Assembly: GCA_030167865.1 (NCBI GenBank)
Contig: JALAGF010001066.1
Coordinates: forward strand, 1 to 44,133
From: Craspedostauros australis
Taxonomy: Eukaryota
DNA length: 44,133 bases
Reading direction: 5' to 3'
Below, in pieces: positions 12,250-22,357 of this stretch (position 1 is its first letter; every line of letters begins with the position of its first letter). The notes beneath the pieces are model-generated. The model did no database searches. It was not told the origin of the DNA and saw only the letters and a program-made list of their open reading frames with translations. The position numbers and the translations under genes were made by a program.

Positions 12250-13902
12250 TTACACGCTGCGCCCATCTTCCGTATCGAACGCCGACGACGCCGACATATC
12301 ATCACCCAACTGTCCCCAGAACGACGTCTCCATATCGCTGTGAAAACAATCCAACCCGCGCCCCATCTGATACCGCTGCAGCACCCGCTCCCGCAACCGC
12401 CTGGCCGAATGCGGACCATCCGTGCGAAAGATGGCTAGGTATATATCCTCAAAGACGAGCTCGGCCATGCCCATCTCATCGATGTCGTTGGTATCGCAGC
12501 CGAACGGGTCGTCCAACGTCATGGAGACGTACTCCGTGCCGACGAAACCGAACGTGATGAGGAAGACGATGATGACGGTATCGCCCAGCGACTCCATCTG
12601 CAGCAGCAGCACGAGCGGCAGGGAGTAGGTCCAGAAGAAGAGGAACATGCGCGTCATCTGCACGAGGGGAAAGGGATACGGCGTGAAGATGAGAACGCGG
12701 AAGCCATGAAAGGCCTTGTTGAAGTCCGTGACGAAGTGGCACAGATCGCGGTACTCGTTGGCGTGCAGCGTGTAGCCCAGCGCCTCGGGATGGTGCATGA
12801 TGGTCTCACGCAGCACCTGCGCGAACATGGTCGTGGCTCTAAAGTTCTCATCGACCATGGTGCGGCGGCCGTGGCTGAACCTGTTCATCTTGCGCGAGGT
12901 GCGGTCGCTGGGTTTGTAGGTGTTCTCCCAGCTGTCGCGGTGCTCGGAGCTCCAGCGCAGCGTGTCCATGGTGATGCGGAGGAGGAGGATGGTGCGGTAT
13001 CCCATCTCCTGTCGCCAGGCGATGGCCGCGGGCGTTTGCGTCTTGAAGGTGTAGACGGTGGTGAACTGCATGATCTCGCGGCACGAGCGGTAGGTCTCGG
13101 CCAGGTAGTGGCGCATCTCCATGAAGCGGCTGTAGGAGACGCCGGAGCGCGAGACGATGAGGAAGCTGACGAGGAGGCCCATGAAGGAGTGTCCCGTGGG
13201 GGACTTGAAGGTGAAGTCGACGATTTTGTTCTCGCGCAGGACGTGCACCAGGATGGTCCACAGGATGTTGGCGATGCAGAACGGGAAGACGGAAGGCAGG
13301 GCGCTGCCGTACATCTGGAACAGCACCTGCACGTGGTTCTGGGCCGTGTAGGCCACGCGTCGGATCTTTCTCTTCTTCGCTTTGCCCTTGCGAGTGTTAC
13401 CTTGATTATTGCCTTGATTGTTCATGAAGGGCATCCCATTGTTCATCCCATTGTTCATCCCATTGTTCATATTGCCGTTCATGTTGCTCTGCGTATTGGT
13501 TGCAAAGTCTTTGGAAGCATGAGCATACCCTCTTCCCGCTGAAGCATCGCCTCCTCCAGATGGCACCGGCAAAGGAGGCCGCTTGCCTGCTTGGAACTGC
13601 TGCGTCCTTGGAGATGCTGCTGCCGCTGGTGGGCGTTGCATGGAGAAGGAATCGTACGCGAATGAGACGTTGTTGGAGTTCAGTGGCTTGGAGGCTTGGC
13701 TGGTGTTGCCATTGCCATTGCCATTGATGTTGGTACCTGCTGCTGTTGCAGTGCCATCATTGGATCTGCCATACAACGGCTCATGTTCTGCCGTCTTGGG
13801 AGACATGATCAATCGTTCACTTTCTTGCTCACTGTCTTGCTCACTGTCTTGTCTATTGTTCTTGTCTCTTATAATATGATCTATTCGATGATAACCTGAC
13901 AT
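12250..13902 (-). CDS. Bestrophin-family (UPF0187-type) anion channel, 550 aa
   Basis: Motifs YGSALPSV, GLLVSFLIVSR...YSRFMEMR, TPYPFPLVQM, four hydrophobic segments and EYVSMTLDDPFGCDTNDI. The long low-complexity N-terminus has no signal peptide. Confidence 0.9.
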   Translation of the reverse strand: MSGYHRIDHIIRDKNNRQDSEQDSEQESERLIMSPKTAEHEPLYGRSNDGTATAAGTNINGNGNGNTSQASKPLNSNNVSFAYDSFSMQRPPAAAASPRTQQFQAGKRPPLPVPSGGGDASAGRGYAHASKDFATNTQSNMNGNMNNGMNNGMNNGMPFMNNQGNNQGNTRKGKAKKRKIRRVAYTAQNHVQVLFQMYGSALPSVFPFCIANILWTILVHVLRENKIVDFTFKSPTGHSFMGLLVSFLIVSRSGVSYSRFMEMRHYLAETYRSCREIMQFTTVYTFKTQTPAAIAWRQEMGYRTILLLRITMDTLRWSSEHRDSWENTYKPSDRTSRKMNRFSHGRRTMVDENFRATTMFAQVLRETIMHHPEALGYTLHANEYRDLCHFVTDFNKAFHGFRVLIFTPYPFPLVQMTRMFLFFWTYSLPLVLLLQMESLGDTVIIVFLITFGFVGTEYVSMTLDDPFGCDTNDIDEMGMAELVFEDIYLAIFRTDGPHSARRLRERVLQRYQMGRGLDCFHSDMETSFWGQLGDDMSASSAFDTEDGRSV

Positions 13903-14376
13903 GTGTTACTCCATACTTTGTTGAGTTTTTATGACTGACCTTCGCTCTCTTGCTCTCTCTTGCTTTCCCATCTCGTTTGGATACGACAACGCACCATCAC
14001 CCTTGGCAACCATCGGTGATGACACCATCATCGCCCGTCAGCGCAAACAAACGAAATGGCATCAATTGCTCCTCCGCAGCTGCAACAATGTGCGAACAAC
14101 GGACTTATGACCACGTTGGAGCAGGTAGAGTACCGCGGAGTATTGACGTCAACTTCGCTCACTTCCAAATTCAAACAACAAGAAACCGACGGAACCAACA
14201 TCGGGAAAGGCCGAAAAATACCGCGGCGACAAAGACAAAAGGCAGTTGGTTGACGGAACTTCCGCATTTGCCCCTGACACATCTTCTGGAGGATGAAACT
14301 CGTGACTTGATGTTGAAATGGGATTCAATGGAGGTATCTCTAGGTTTATGCATGTAGTCTATATCGTGTGCAACGA

Positions 14377-14817
14377 TCACGACGCCATCGCGTGTTTGTT
14401 GGTGGCCGCATCGTCACGGAATTGGGCGCGGATGGTGTCCACGAGGAACTTCCACGATGATGGTATGTCGGCGTCGCTTGCATTGCTGCTTTGGATGCGT
14501 AGCAGCGGCGTCGATCGTTTGTTGTTGTTGCTGCATGGCGAGGGATCGTCCTTCTTGGTGTTGCGGAGGAACGTGGATGCTGGTGTTGTCATGGTCTTGG
14601 TTGTATGAATGTGCGGTTTGTGGCAGTGATCGTGATTGCGACAGTGGCTGTGAGGAGGTTTGGGTGCGTTTTGCTTTGCGAGTGTGTACGGGAAGGTTTG
14701 AGTGGAGACGGTTGATGAGAGAGTTGTTGCTTTCTTGGTGGAGTTGCTCTTGGCGATGCTGCTGTTGTCGATGATGTTCTTGGAGGTGCTCGTTGTGTCG
14801 ACGTCTTGTGTTGTCAT
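14377..14817 (-). CDS. Small hypothetical protein (146 aa, or 71 aa from the ATG at 14592)
   Basis: ORF with CA-rich context upstream of both ATGs; ends ...SSWKFLVDTIRAQFRDDAATNKHAMAS*. No family recognised. Confidence 0.3.
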   Translation of the reverse strand: MTTQDVDTTSTSKNIIDNSSIAKSNSTKKATTLSSTVSTQTFPYTLAKQNAPKPPHSHCRNHDHCHKPHIHTTKTMTTPASTFLRNTKKDDPSPCSNNNKRSTPLLRIQSSNASDADIPSSWKFLVDTIRAQFRDDAATNKHAMAS

Positions 14818-15320
14818 GTGTCATGTTGTGAGACCATCCCGGCCTTCTCTTGGCGTACCTCGATCGTGCACAGCAACATCAGCAACAACAACAGTGTGAG
14901 GAGCACGTCATGGCCGCCTCAAAACGGTCTTCTGGTGGGGATCTCCATGAGACATCGCCTTGTGTTCGTATGACTGGGCGCTAACAAGAGCTGCAATGAG
15001 CAACACGAACACCGTATGACGCATTCCCATGGCAACGAGAATCATCACTCGAGCGCGGTTGGCTGTTGTTGATTCGTATTCTAAGTTCGGTTTATTATCG
15101 TGTATTGCATACTGATGAAGCATTCTTGATTGCTTCCTTCCTTTGCTTTCTTTCCTGGAGTGTTGTCGTCATCCACTTCCGTCTCGCTCTGTGTCTCTCT
15201 TCGTCTGTTGATGTGGGAGATACCCTGCTTCTGCTGTCCAATGGCCCTGTGGATCCAACGATCCGTGTTCTGATCTTGCACGCTGGGCCACACCGCGAGA
15301 ATGATGGCGCTCTTTCCCAC

Positions 15321-15774
15321 TCACCACGGAAGCGATGGAAGTCGCGGTTCACCGAATTCCTGTTGCCCAGAGACGTTGTCGGAAACGAAGGGTTCAGCGC
15401 AATGTCCGATTGTTCAGATGGGGAATGTATGCAGAGAAGGAAGGTGATGGTGTGAGTTGGTGTTTTGCTGACCATGCCAACACTCGCACGAGAGAACATC
15501 ATCAAACGATCGTTCAGCAGGGCGTGAAATATGCGTCCATCCACAACAACAACAACGTATTACAACTCACATCCAGCACCATGAAATCCCAATCATCGTC
15601 ATGTGATTGTGTGGCGTTCACATCGTTCCTTGTCAGCACCGATTCCGATGTGGCGGGTGCTTTCGTTGTGGATGCGGAACTGCTCGCGGCACGGGCACCT
15701 TGCCGACCCATCATGGTGTTTACTCGGTACGCTGCTCCGCTGCGCATGGCGCCGTAGAATGCTGTCCAAGTCAT
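15321..15774 (-). CDS. Small hypothetical protein (80 aa, 2 exons), micro-protein D
   Basis: The ATG at 15774 (gagacaATG) follows a CAA-rich leader. Predicted phase-0 intron 15570-15360 (GTGAGT...CAACAG). Product: MTWTAFYGAMRSGAAYRVNTMMGRQGARAASSSASTTKAPATSE...HDDDWDFMVLD|EFGEPRLPSLPW*. Confidence 0.6.
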
Positions 15775-16368
15775 TGTCTCGTTCTTTGCTATTGTATGAT
15801 ACTTCGTTGACTGTGTTGTCTATGTTGTCGCTGGTTTGCTTTTTGTGATCGCGTGGTTGGTTGTTGCTGCGGATCGTTGGCCCTCCTCCTCCTTGTTGTT
15901 GTTGTTGTGTCCCAACACAGGATCGCTTCCATCTGCATGACACATCAATTCCTCGGTTGGTTGCCTTCAAACACATTTTCACGCGTTTCGTGAAGTGCTA
16001 CCTTCGATGACAACTCTGTTCTTGTCCGTGGGGTTCTCACGGAACAAGAGAAGAAGATGCGATCAATGGCAAGGAGCAGAAGGTGCGGATTGAAGCAAGA
16101 AGGAGGATCGTCACCATCATCCTTTGAGATCCCTCACGTGCGTTTCATCCATCAAAGAAAGAGAATCCCCCCAAAGAATGCGAACACCCCATCACGCAGA
16201 ATGGAACACAGAATCTTCCGCATTCGCCTCGTCCACATCTTCTCTTGTGTCATCTTTTGTGTCCGAATGCTCGTACATCCTCCAATCATCACATTATTGC
16301 AAGGATATATCATAACATCGGCACATCCCCATCAGAAGTGCAATCTGAATGCAATGGAATCTGCCTCT

Positions 16369-17772
16369 TTAACTCTCAATGACGCACTCCTTGCAGAACG
16401 TCGTCTCCCATTGCGCCACGATCTTCTGATGTATATCCTGAACCTTGACTCGCCCAAACTTGGCACGCAAGATCGGCATGTACCGCTGCACAACCGTGAC
16501 GGTGCACGACGGCCAAAAGTGAATGGGGATCTGAAGGATGTTGTCGCACACGTTGAAGATGGAGACGGCCTGATCGTAGAGCGGCAGATGCTGCGATGGG
16601 CATCCGAAACAATTGGCCGCCACGCACTCGCTGGCCGAGACAGACCGGAACCCGGCAATGGCGCTGCGTCGCAATAGCTCGGCCACGCGGGTGTTGAAGC
16701 GCACGGGCAGGCCGCGCACAACGAGCTTCTGAATCTGCACGAAGGCCCACGACGTGCAGACGTTGAGCATCAACCGCGCTGCCTTGATGGTGAGATAATG
16801 GCACGGCGACAGCACGTCATGACACTCATCCAAAAGCTCCTGCATCGTATCGGGCGAGAAATCGACGGCCTTGCGGAAACCCTTCTGGTTCTGAATGGCC
16901 CGCTCGATCGTCTCCAACGTCTTGCCGAGCGCATGCTCCATGCGGAGGTAGAGCGCGGCATCGATGCTGGCCTGACACCTGGAACATTGCCAGTACGGCT
17001 CCTGCGTGGACTCATCGTATCGACACGCGATGAGCTCGTCGCAATCGGACGAGAGGCACGGCAGAACGCGGCAGTAGTCCGGTCCGTTGCAGCGCTCGCA
17101 CTGGCACAGGAAGGACTTGGTCTGCAGCAGCAGCTCGCGACGTTCGTTCGTCGGCGTCTCGTACATGTCCGAGAGGTAGGACGTGCAGACCAGCTCGCCT
17201 GCTCGGATGGGACGGATGACGTGGTAGTCGACGATGCCCTCCTCGGCCGACGACATGGAGGAGTAGCCTACGTTGGGATGGCAGGAGTGCGCGAACTTGG
17301 ATCCGAAGATGAGCATCGCGCTGAGCTTGTGTCCCTGATATTGGTAGGAGTTGGTGCAGTAGATGGACAGCAGCTGGTGCAGGACGGTGAAGTCCTCCAG
17401 AACGCCCAGCAGGTAGAGGATGCGCGCCGGTTCCATGAGAGACAGTCCCATGGGCGAATCTAGCGGCTGGTAGAACATATCGAGCACGCCCACCTGCACC
17501 TGCACATCGGCATCCAAGAAGGCCTCCATGTACTCCATGTAATGGTTGGACCTGCAGATGATGGCCGGTCGTTCGCGCAGCACGGGTGCGTGGTCGCCGC
17601 TCATGTCGCGAGAAGCCACGGCCACGCGTCCCAGCTGGCGATCGAAGCGGATCGTCAGGCCGTTGTTCTCCACAACCAGCACCTCCAGATCCAGATCGGG
17701 CGCAGCATCGGACAGCTGGATCTTGCCCGCTTCGTCCTCCGCATCTGCCATCACTGCAGCATGCGCGCTCAT
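16369..17772 (-). CDS. SET-domain (SMYD-like) protein, 467 aa
   Basis: LGRVAVASRDM (SET-N), GSKFAHSCHPNV, RPIRAGELVCTSYL, post-SET KSFLCQCERC, a further CxxC pair (CLSSDC..WQCSRC) and a helical tail (LSPCHY). Strong GC3 coding bias. Confidence 0.85.
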   Translation of the reverse strand: MSAHAAVMADAEDEAGKIQLSDAAPDLDLEVLVVENNGLTIRFDRQLGRVAVASRDMSGDHAPVLRERPAIICRSNHYMEYMEAFLDADVQVQVGVLDMFYQPLDSPMGLSLMEPARILYLLGVLEDFTVLHQLLSIYCTNSYQYQGHKLSAMLIFGSKFAHSCHPNVGYSSMSSAEEGIVDYHVIRPIRAGELVCTSYLSDMYETPTNERRELLLQTKSFLCQCERCNGPDYCRVLPCLSSDCDELIACRYDESTQEPYWQCSRCQASIDAALYLRMEHALGKTLETIERAIQNQKGFRKAVDFSPDTMQELLDECHDVLSPCHYLTIKAARLMLNVCTSWAFVQIQKLVVRGLPVRFNTRVAELLRRSAIAGFRSVSASECVAANCFGCPSQHLPLYDQAVSIFNVCDNILQIPIHFWPSCTVTVVQRYMPILRAKFGRVKVQDIHQKIVAQWETTFCKECVIES

Positions 17773-18278
17773 CGTCTCTGTGTCATGCTACAGTCGTTCG
17801 TTGGTTGGATGAGTTGTACTACTATGGGTTGTACAATACCTATGGTCCAAGTGCGAGTACAAGTGCGAGTACAAGTACTTTGTGATCTATTCGATGACTA
17901 TGACTGCGGATGCACTCTCCCAACTCTTCTTTTGTGCTGTTCTCTTTTGCTCCTTGTGTTGCGCTTGTGATGAAAGCAAAGGCGAACAACAAGGAGAGCG
18001 CAACTTGTATTCTTCCATTATTGTGTTTTGCAAATCACTCGAATGAGTCAAATCATATTCTACCAGAAGGAAAGAAGACTGATGACGAGACAGATGATAG
18101 CATGTCCAAACGTGAATCAGTCTCCGCAGAAAGATGGCTACGTGTGACAATCAAAGCTTTGGCGCTCTCTCTAGAGTAGGACGTATAATTGCAGCATTCA
18201 GCGGCAGGTCGTCATGATGCTCCACTCTGCCAATCCTGCACCGTGCCCTACTGTTCGTGGTATGCTGTCGTCAGGCAA

Positions 18279-19215
18279 CTACAAAACCAAATCTGGAAAC
18301 TGCTCTTCCAATCGACGATGAACCATCTCACCGACAGGATTCAACGCTGTTGTCTCCTTCTCGTTACCACCCCCATTCGCTTGTGTCACCGCATCTCCTT
18401 CCGCCATCTGACTGCGATAATGCGCGTAATGCGTGTGCAAACACTTGATGGTCGGTGTGTAGATGCCGTCATCCGATATCTGACTCGCATAGTTCAATCC
18501 GGATATCCCCGAATCCTGCAGCATGCTGCGGATGCGCGAATGCTCGACGTCCAGCAACAGCAGCTCGCGGTCGTCATCTCGGAGGCTGTTCCATCGTGTT
18601 TGGGCGTACGATTTGTGGCATCGCAGCATCCGTTGCGTCAGTTCGTCATCGGTCCGCAGCTGTTGTTCGAACGTGCCGATGCAGCCGGCGCCTTCCAACG
18701 TGCCGATGGCCTTGGAGATGTCGGGGCATGTCAGCCAGTATAGCGTCGGGAAGGGGGCGCCTGCATGCATACATGGTATGTTATGATATGACACAGCAGA
18801 ACGCAATGTGAAATACAAATGTGATTGGATTGAGTGGATGAGTGGATGAGCATACCACCAAAGTATACCACCACCAACAACGCAGCCATATACACATGCA
18901 CATACACAAACTCTTACCGAACGTCTCCAACGCCTTGGCTTGCCGTCGCTTCGCACCGCCATGCAGAGGATACGTCTGTATCGCAACTGGAACGTCCCGC
19001 ATCCCTTCGGGACGACGCTTCCACGCGGACACCTTCACGAAGTTCGACGGGATGTAACCCAGCTGTGCCTTGACCAATTCCTTCTGCGTCACGATCGGTT
19101 GCGTCAATGATGACACCACCTTGGAATCACCGAAGCACCGCAGGACGATGGAACAGACGACGGTCCATCGTCGAACTCGTATCCTGCCTTGCCGTGGTGC
19201 GAGTGTCTGCATCAT
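18279..19215 (-). CDS. DUF501-domain protein, about 259 aa, 2 exons
   Basis: Exons 19215-18918 and 18760-18279, with a phase-1 GTAAGA...GCAG intron. Splicing rebuilds the DUF501 signatures V.AQLG, GAPFPTLYWLTCP, KCLHTHYAHY and NPVG. The hydrophobic N-terminal extension may be a targeting signal. Confidence 0.85.
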
Positions 19216-19864
19216 GGTTGCGCAATGGATGCGTGCGAGTACTATTCTATAATACGATTATACGTACGTGCGTGCTGTGGAGTTCTTGAGAAGGCTGCGA
19301 GCGGCGCACCAACACGGCAATCTCCATGGCCGATTCATTTTCCCGATTGGTTGGTTGCGCAGGTGTTGTCGTTGTCGTTGTTTTCGATGTGATGAACGTT
19401 GATGGGTCCATCGGATCAAATGTCAGACATGTCAACGAGAAAAAAGATGGAAAGGCTCAAGAGAGAGTCATGACATTCGTTTTGTGATGTTTGGTGTTCG
19501 GTTAGAATCGTGAATGATGAGTCCCGCCTTGAGTTGACGTGAGAAATCGCGACCAGAACACGTTCGCGAAAGAAGAAGTATCTTTCGGCATCGGATCCAG
19601 TGACCCGCTGAGCCGATGATGGCTCGCTTGCCCTGTTGGCATCGCAGTTGTGATCGTTATCACTTGACAGAGTATAGTGGCTTGATGCAAGAGCCAGTAG
19701 GTCGAGATCAGGATCATTCCAAGATCGCACTTTGCAGAAGAAGGCAGAGTCCAGCACATCAACTCACAAATCGGAACAGAGGGCGAGAGAGGATGTGGTC
19801 CCATCGTGCTCGTGCATCAGGAGTAGAGCGCAAGTCACCTGCCTCTGGCATTCGCAGACTCAAC

Positions 19865-21700
19865 ATGCGGCAAAGCCGTGCAACTCGGAGCGCGCGCATG
19901 CTCGGCATGATCTGCCTCATGGCGCTGATGCTGTGCAGCTGCATCCCACAGGCAGACGCCGCTCTCGTGACGGAGAGGACGTTGGCGCTGGATAGGATGG
20001 ACAGACGACCGCCATCGACCATCGCAGATGTGGGCGACGCCATCGACTTCATCCCCATTCAGAATCTGCTGTTCTTCACCACGACCACCAACAAGCTCAT
20101 GCTGGTCGATCTCGCGTCGGTGAACACGGAGCTCGAGTTGGTGGCTCAATTCGACAGCCCCATCCAGCAGACGATGGCCTTGCTCAGCTTTGTCTACCTC
20201 ACGGTCGGTGACGCGCCGGACAACGCCGTGATGTGGTCTGCGAACAGAAACAGCGCCAGGCTCTTTCAGAATCAGCCCACTGAGCTGCTGACCGTCTTCC
20301 GCGATCGATTGTACTACGCCTCGCTGCAGAACAATGGGCGGCGCAATGTGTTTGCCTTCAGCAGTCAATTCGTGCCGTCGTCCAATCTCGGCATGCAGTA
20401 TGACTACCAAGGATACTTCTCTGACGCCCTAGAGGATACGCTTTTCATGGAGCTTCTGAATGTGCCATCGCCAGAGCTCGGTCCGTACTATGAAGTCAAC
20501 TCCGATGGCGACCTCGTCATCTTCCAAAGTCCGCTCGGTGCGGCGATGCCGGCCAGCCCTCTGCTTCAGATCGGGTCGCTTGGTTCGTTCTTCTTCGTCA
20601 CGACCAACTTTGAGAATGAGGCGCTGTACCAGACGGACGTCACTCCGATGGGCACTGTCGAAGTCAAGGAGCTCAACGATCTATGGCAGCCCGATGGTGA
20701 CCTCATTCGGGAGCCGCTCGCGCTCGTGCTCAACAACACCCTCTTCTGCACGGCCAAGGACCCCGAGGATGCCACCAACACAGCTCGTCTGTGGAAGGCA
20801 TCGAGCAGCGTCCGCAACGCCAACCTCGTGGACGAAGGACGCCCGCCGAACAACTTGATCGATGTGCGCGATCCCAGCTCCCTCGTCCTCTTCCAGGAAC
20901 AGGTGTACTACAGCGGCCTCGTCAACAACCAGGACCGCGAACTCATGGTGTCCGATGACGACCCGCTCACCACGCGCATTGCCGTCGATCTAGTGCCATC
21001 GGGCACCGGCGGCAGCCAACCCGAATCCATGATCGTGCACGACGGCAAGCTCTTCTTCTGGGCCAAGGTGAATGGGACGCAGGACACGCCGGTCTACGCC
21101 ATCTACTGCACGGACGCCGTCGACACGGAGTTGATCGAGACCTTCGAAGCCAAGGGAGGCCCGCTGTTCGTGTACAGCGACGACCTCTTCGTGACGGGCC
21201 AACTACAGTCCACGGAAGACGTGACGTTGTATCGGTTGGTAGCGTACACGGAATCGCCCACCAGCATGCCGACCACGCCCGAACCATCTTCGGCTCCGTC
21301 CAGTTTGCCGTCGGCCGAGCCCAGCATGGTGCCGTCGATGCAGCCGTCGTCGAATCCGACGTCGCAACCCACTCCAATGGAATCAATGGCTCCGTCAGGC
21401 AAACCGTCGGGATCTGTAGCTCCAACCGAATCGGCGGCTCCTTCACAAGCAACAGCGTCTCCTTCGCGAGCATCTGCAGCACCAACGCAAATGACTGAAG
21501 CTCCAACACAGGCATCGGCCGCACCAACGCAAATGACAGAAGTTCCAACACAGGCATCGGCCGCACCGACGCAAATGACCGAGGCTCCGTCAGAGGCAAC
21601 AGCAGCACCAACATCTGGTGTGCGGTCTGCATCATTCATCGGGTTTTCGAGTTGGCTATGCGCAACTATTATTGTTGCCGTTGTCGGTGCCCTGGTGTGA
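19865..21700 (+). CDS. Secreted/cell-surface protein with ELWxxDGT-like beta-propeller repeats, P/T/S/A stalk and C-terminal hydrophobic anchor (about 611 aa)
   Basis: Signal-like MLGMICLMALMLCSCIPQADA. Repeats EALYQTDVTPMGTVEVKELN, ARLWKASSSVRNANLVDE and RELMVSDDDPLTTRIAVDLVP..GGSQPESM. An SPT/APT stalk is followed by a terminal hydrophobic helix with no cytosolic tail (GPI-like). Single exon. Confidence 0.75.
   Translation: MRQSRATRSARMLGMICLMALMLCSCIPQADAALVTERTLALDRMDRRPPSTIADVGDAIDFIPIQNLLFFTTTTNKLMLVDLASVNTELELVAQFDSPIQQTMALLSFVYLTVGDAPDNAVMWSANRNSARLFQNQPTELLTVFRDRLYYASLQNNGRRNVFAFSSQFVPSSNLGMQYDYQGYFSDALEDTLFMELLNVPSPELGPYYEVNSDGDLVIFQSPLGAAMPASPLLQIGSLGSFFFVTTNFENEALYQTDVTPMGTVEVKELNDLWQPDGDLIREPLALVLNNTLFCTAKDPEDATNTARLWKASSSVRNANLVDEGRPPNNLIDVRDPSSLVLFQEQVYYSGLVNNQDRELMVSDDDPLTTRIAVDLVPSGTGGSQPESMIVHDGKLFFWAKVNGTQDTPVYAIYCTDAVDTELIETFEAKGGPLFVYSDDLFVTGQLQSTEDVTLYRLVAYTESPTSMPTTPEPSSAPSSLPSAEPSMVPSMQPSSNPTSQPTPMESMAPSGKPSGSVAPTESAAPSQATASPSRASAAPTQMTEAPTQASAAPTQMTEVPTQASAAPTQMTEAPSEATAAPTSGVRSASFIGFSSWLCATIIVAVVGALV
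21470..21610 (+). repeat. Coding tandem repeat, 42 nt/14 aa unit (ASAAPTQMTE[A/V]PTQ), about 3 copies
   Basis: The unit gcatc(t/g)gc(a/c)gcacc(a/g)acgcaaatgac.. recurs in frame in the stalk. Confidence 0.9.
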
Positions 21701-22357
21701 TGTGATGGGATGTTGATGTTGATGGACGAGTTGTCGTACTACAATACACAATAATAATATGATGTGTTGAAGTCACTATGGAAAAGTATGATACATCGTA
21801 GTAGCTTCGATACAAGCTAATATCACGTCCTGAAACATGGTCAAAAGTAGTATCATCCCATGCCTGCACTCTCCTACTTCAATGCCGCAACACCAACTTG
21901 GAGTACAAACTCTGCCGCCCGACCAACATCGACTGCACTTTCCTTGGTTGATGGGTATGCTGCGATCACGTGTTTGCACGATTTTGGCGTGCTGTGATCA
22001 TGTCGGACATCAAGAGGAGTTGGCATCACTCACTCGCATGGGCTTCGACATAATCGTTGTAGATGAAAGGTCGTGCACTGCTGACCGAGTCGATACAATG
22101 GAATGTCATGCCATTAGACTTCGGAACATGTATGATATTACTCTATTAGTATGGAGATGGTATGGATTGAATGAACATGCATGATTCGAGCAGGCATAAC
22201 CCGTATGAATGGAATAACTCTGGATGGAAACTGACAGCTGAACGGCATTTGATTGCGGAACTGTGTACAGTACGAATATGATGGGTATCTGTACGTCCAA
22301 GCCATCCTGGCGCAATCATTGATAACAACACGGATGAGTGCATTGAAGTTGAGTAAA

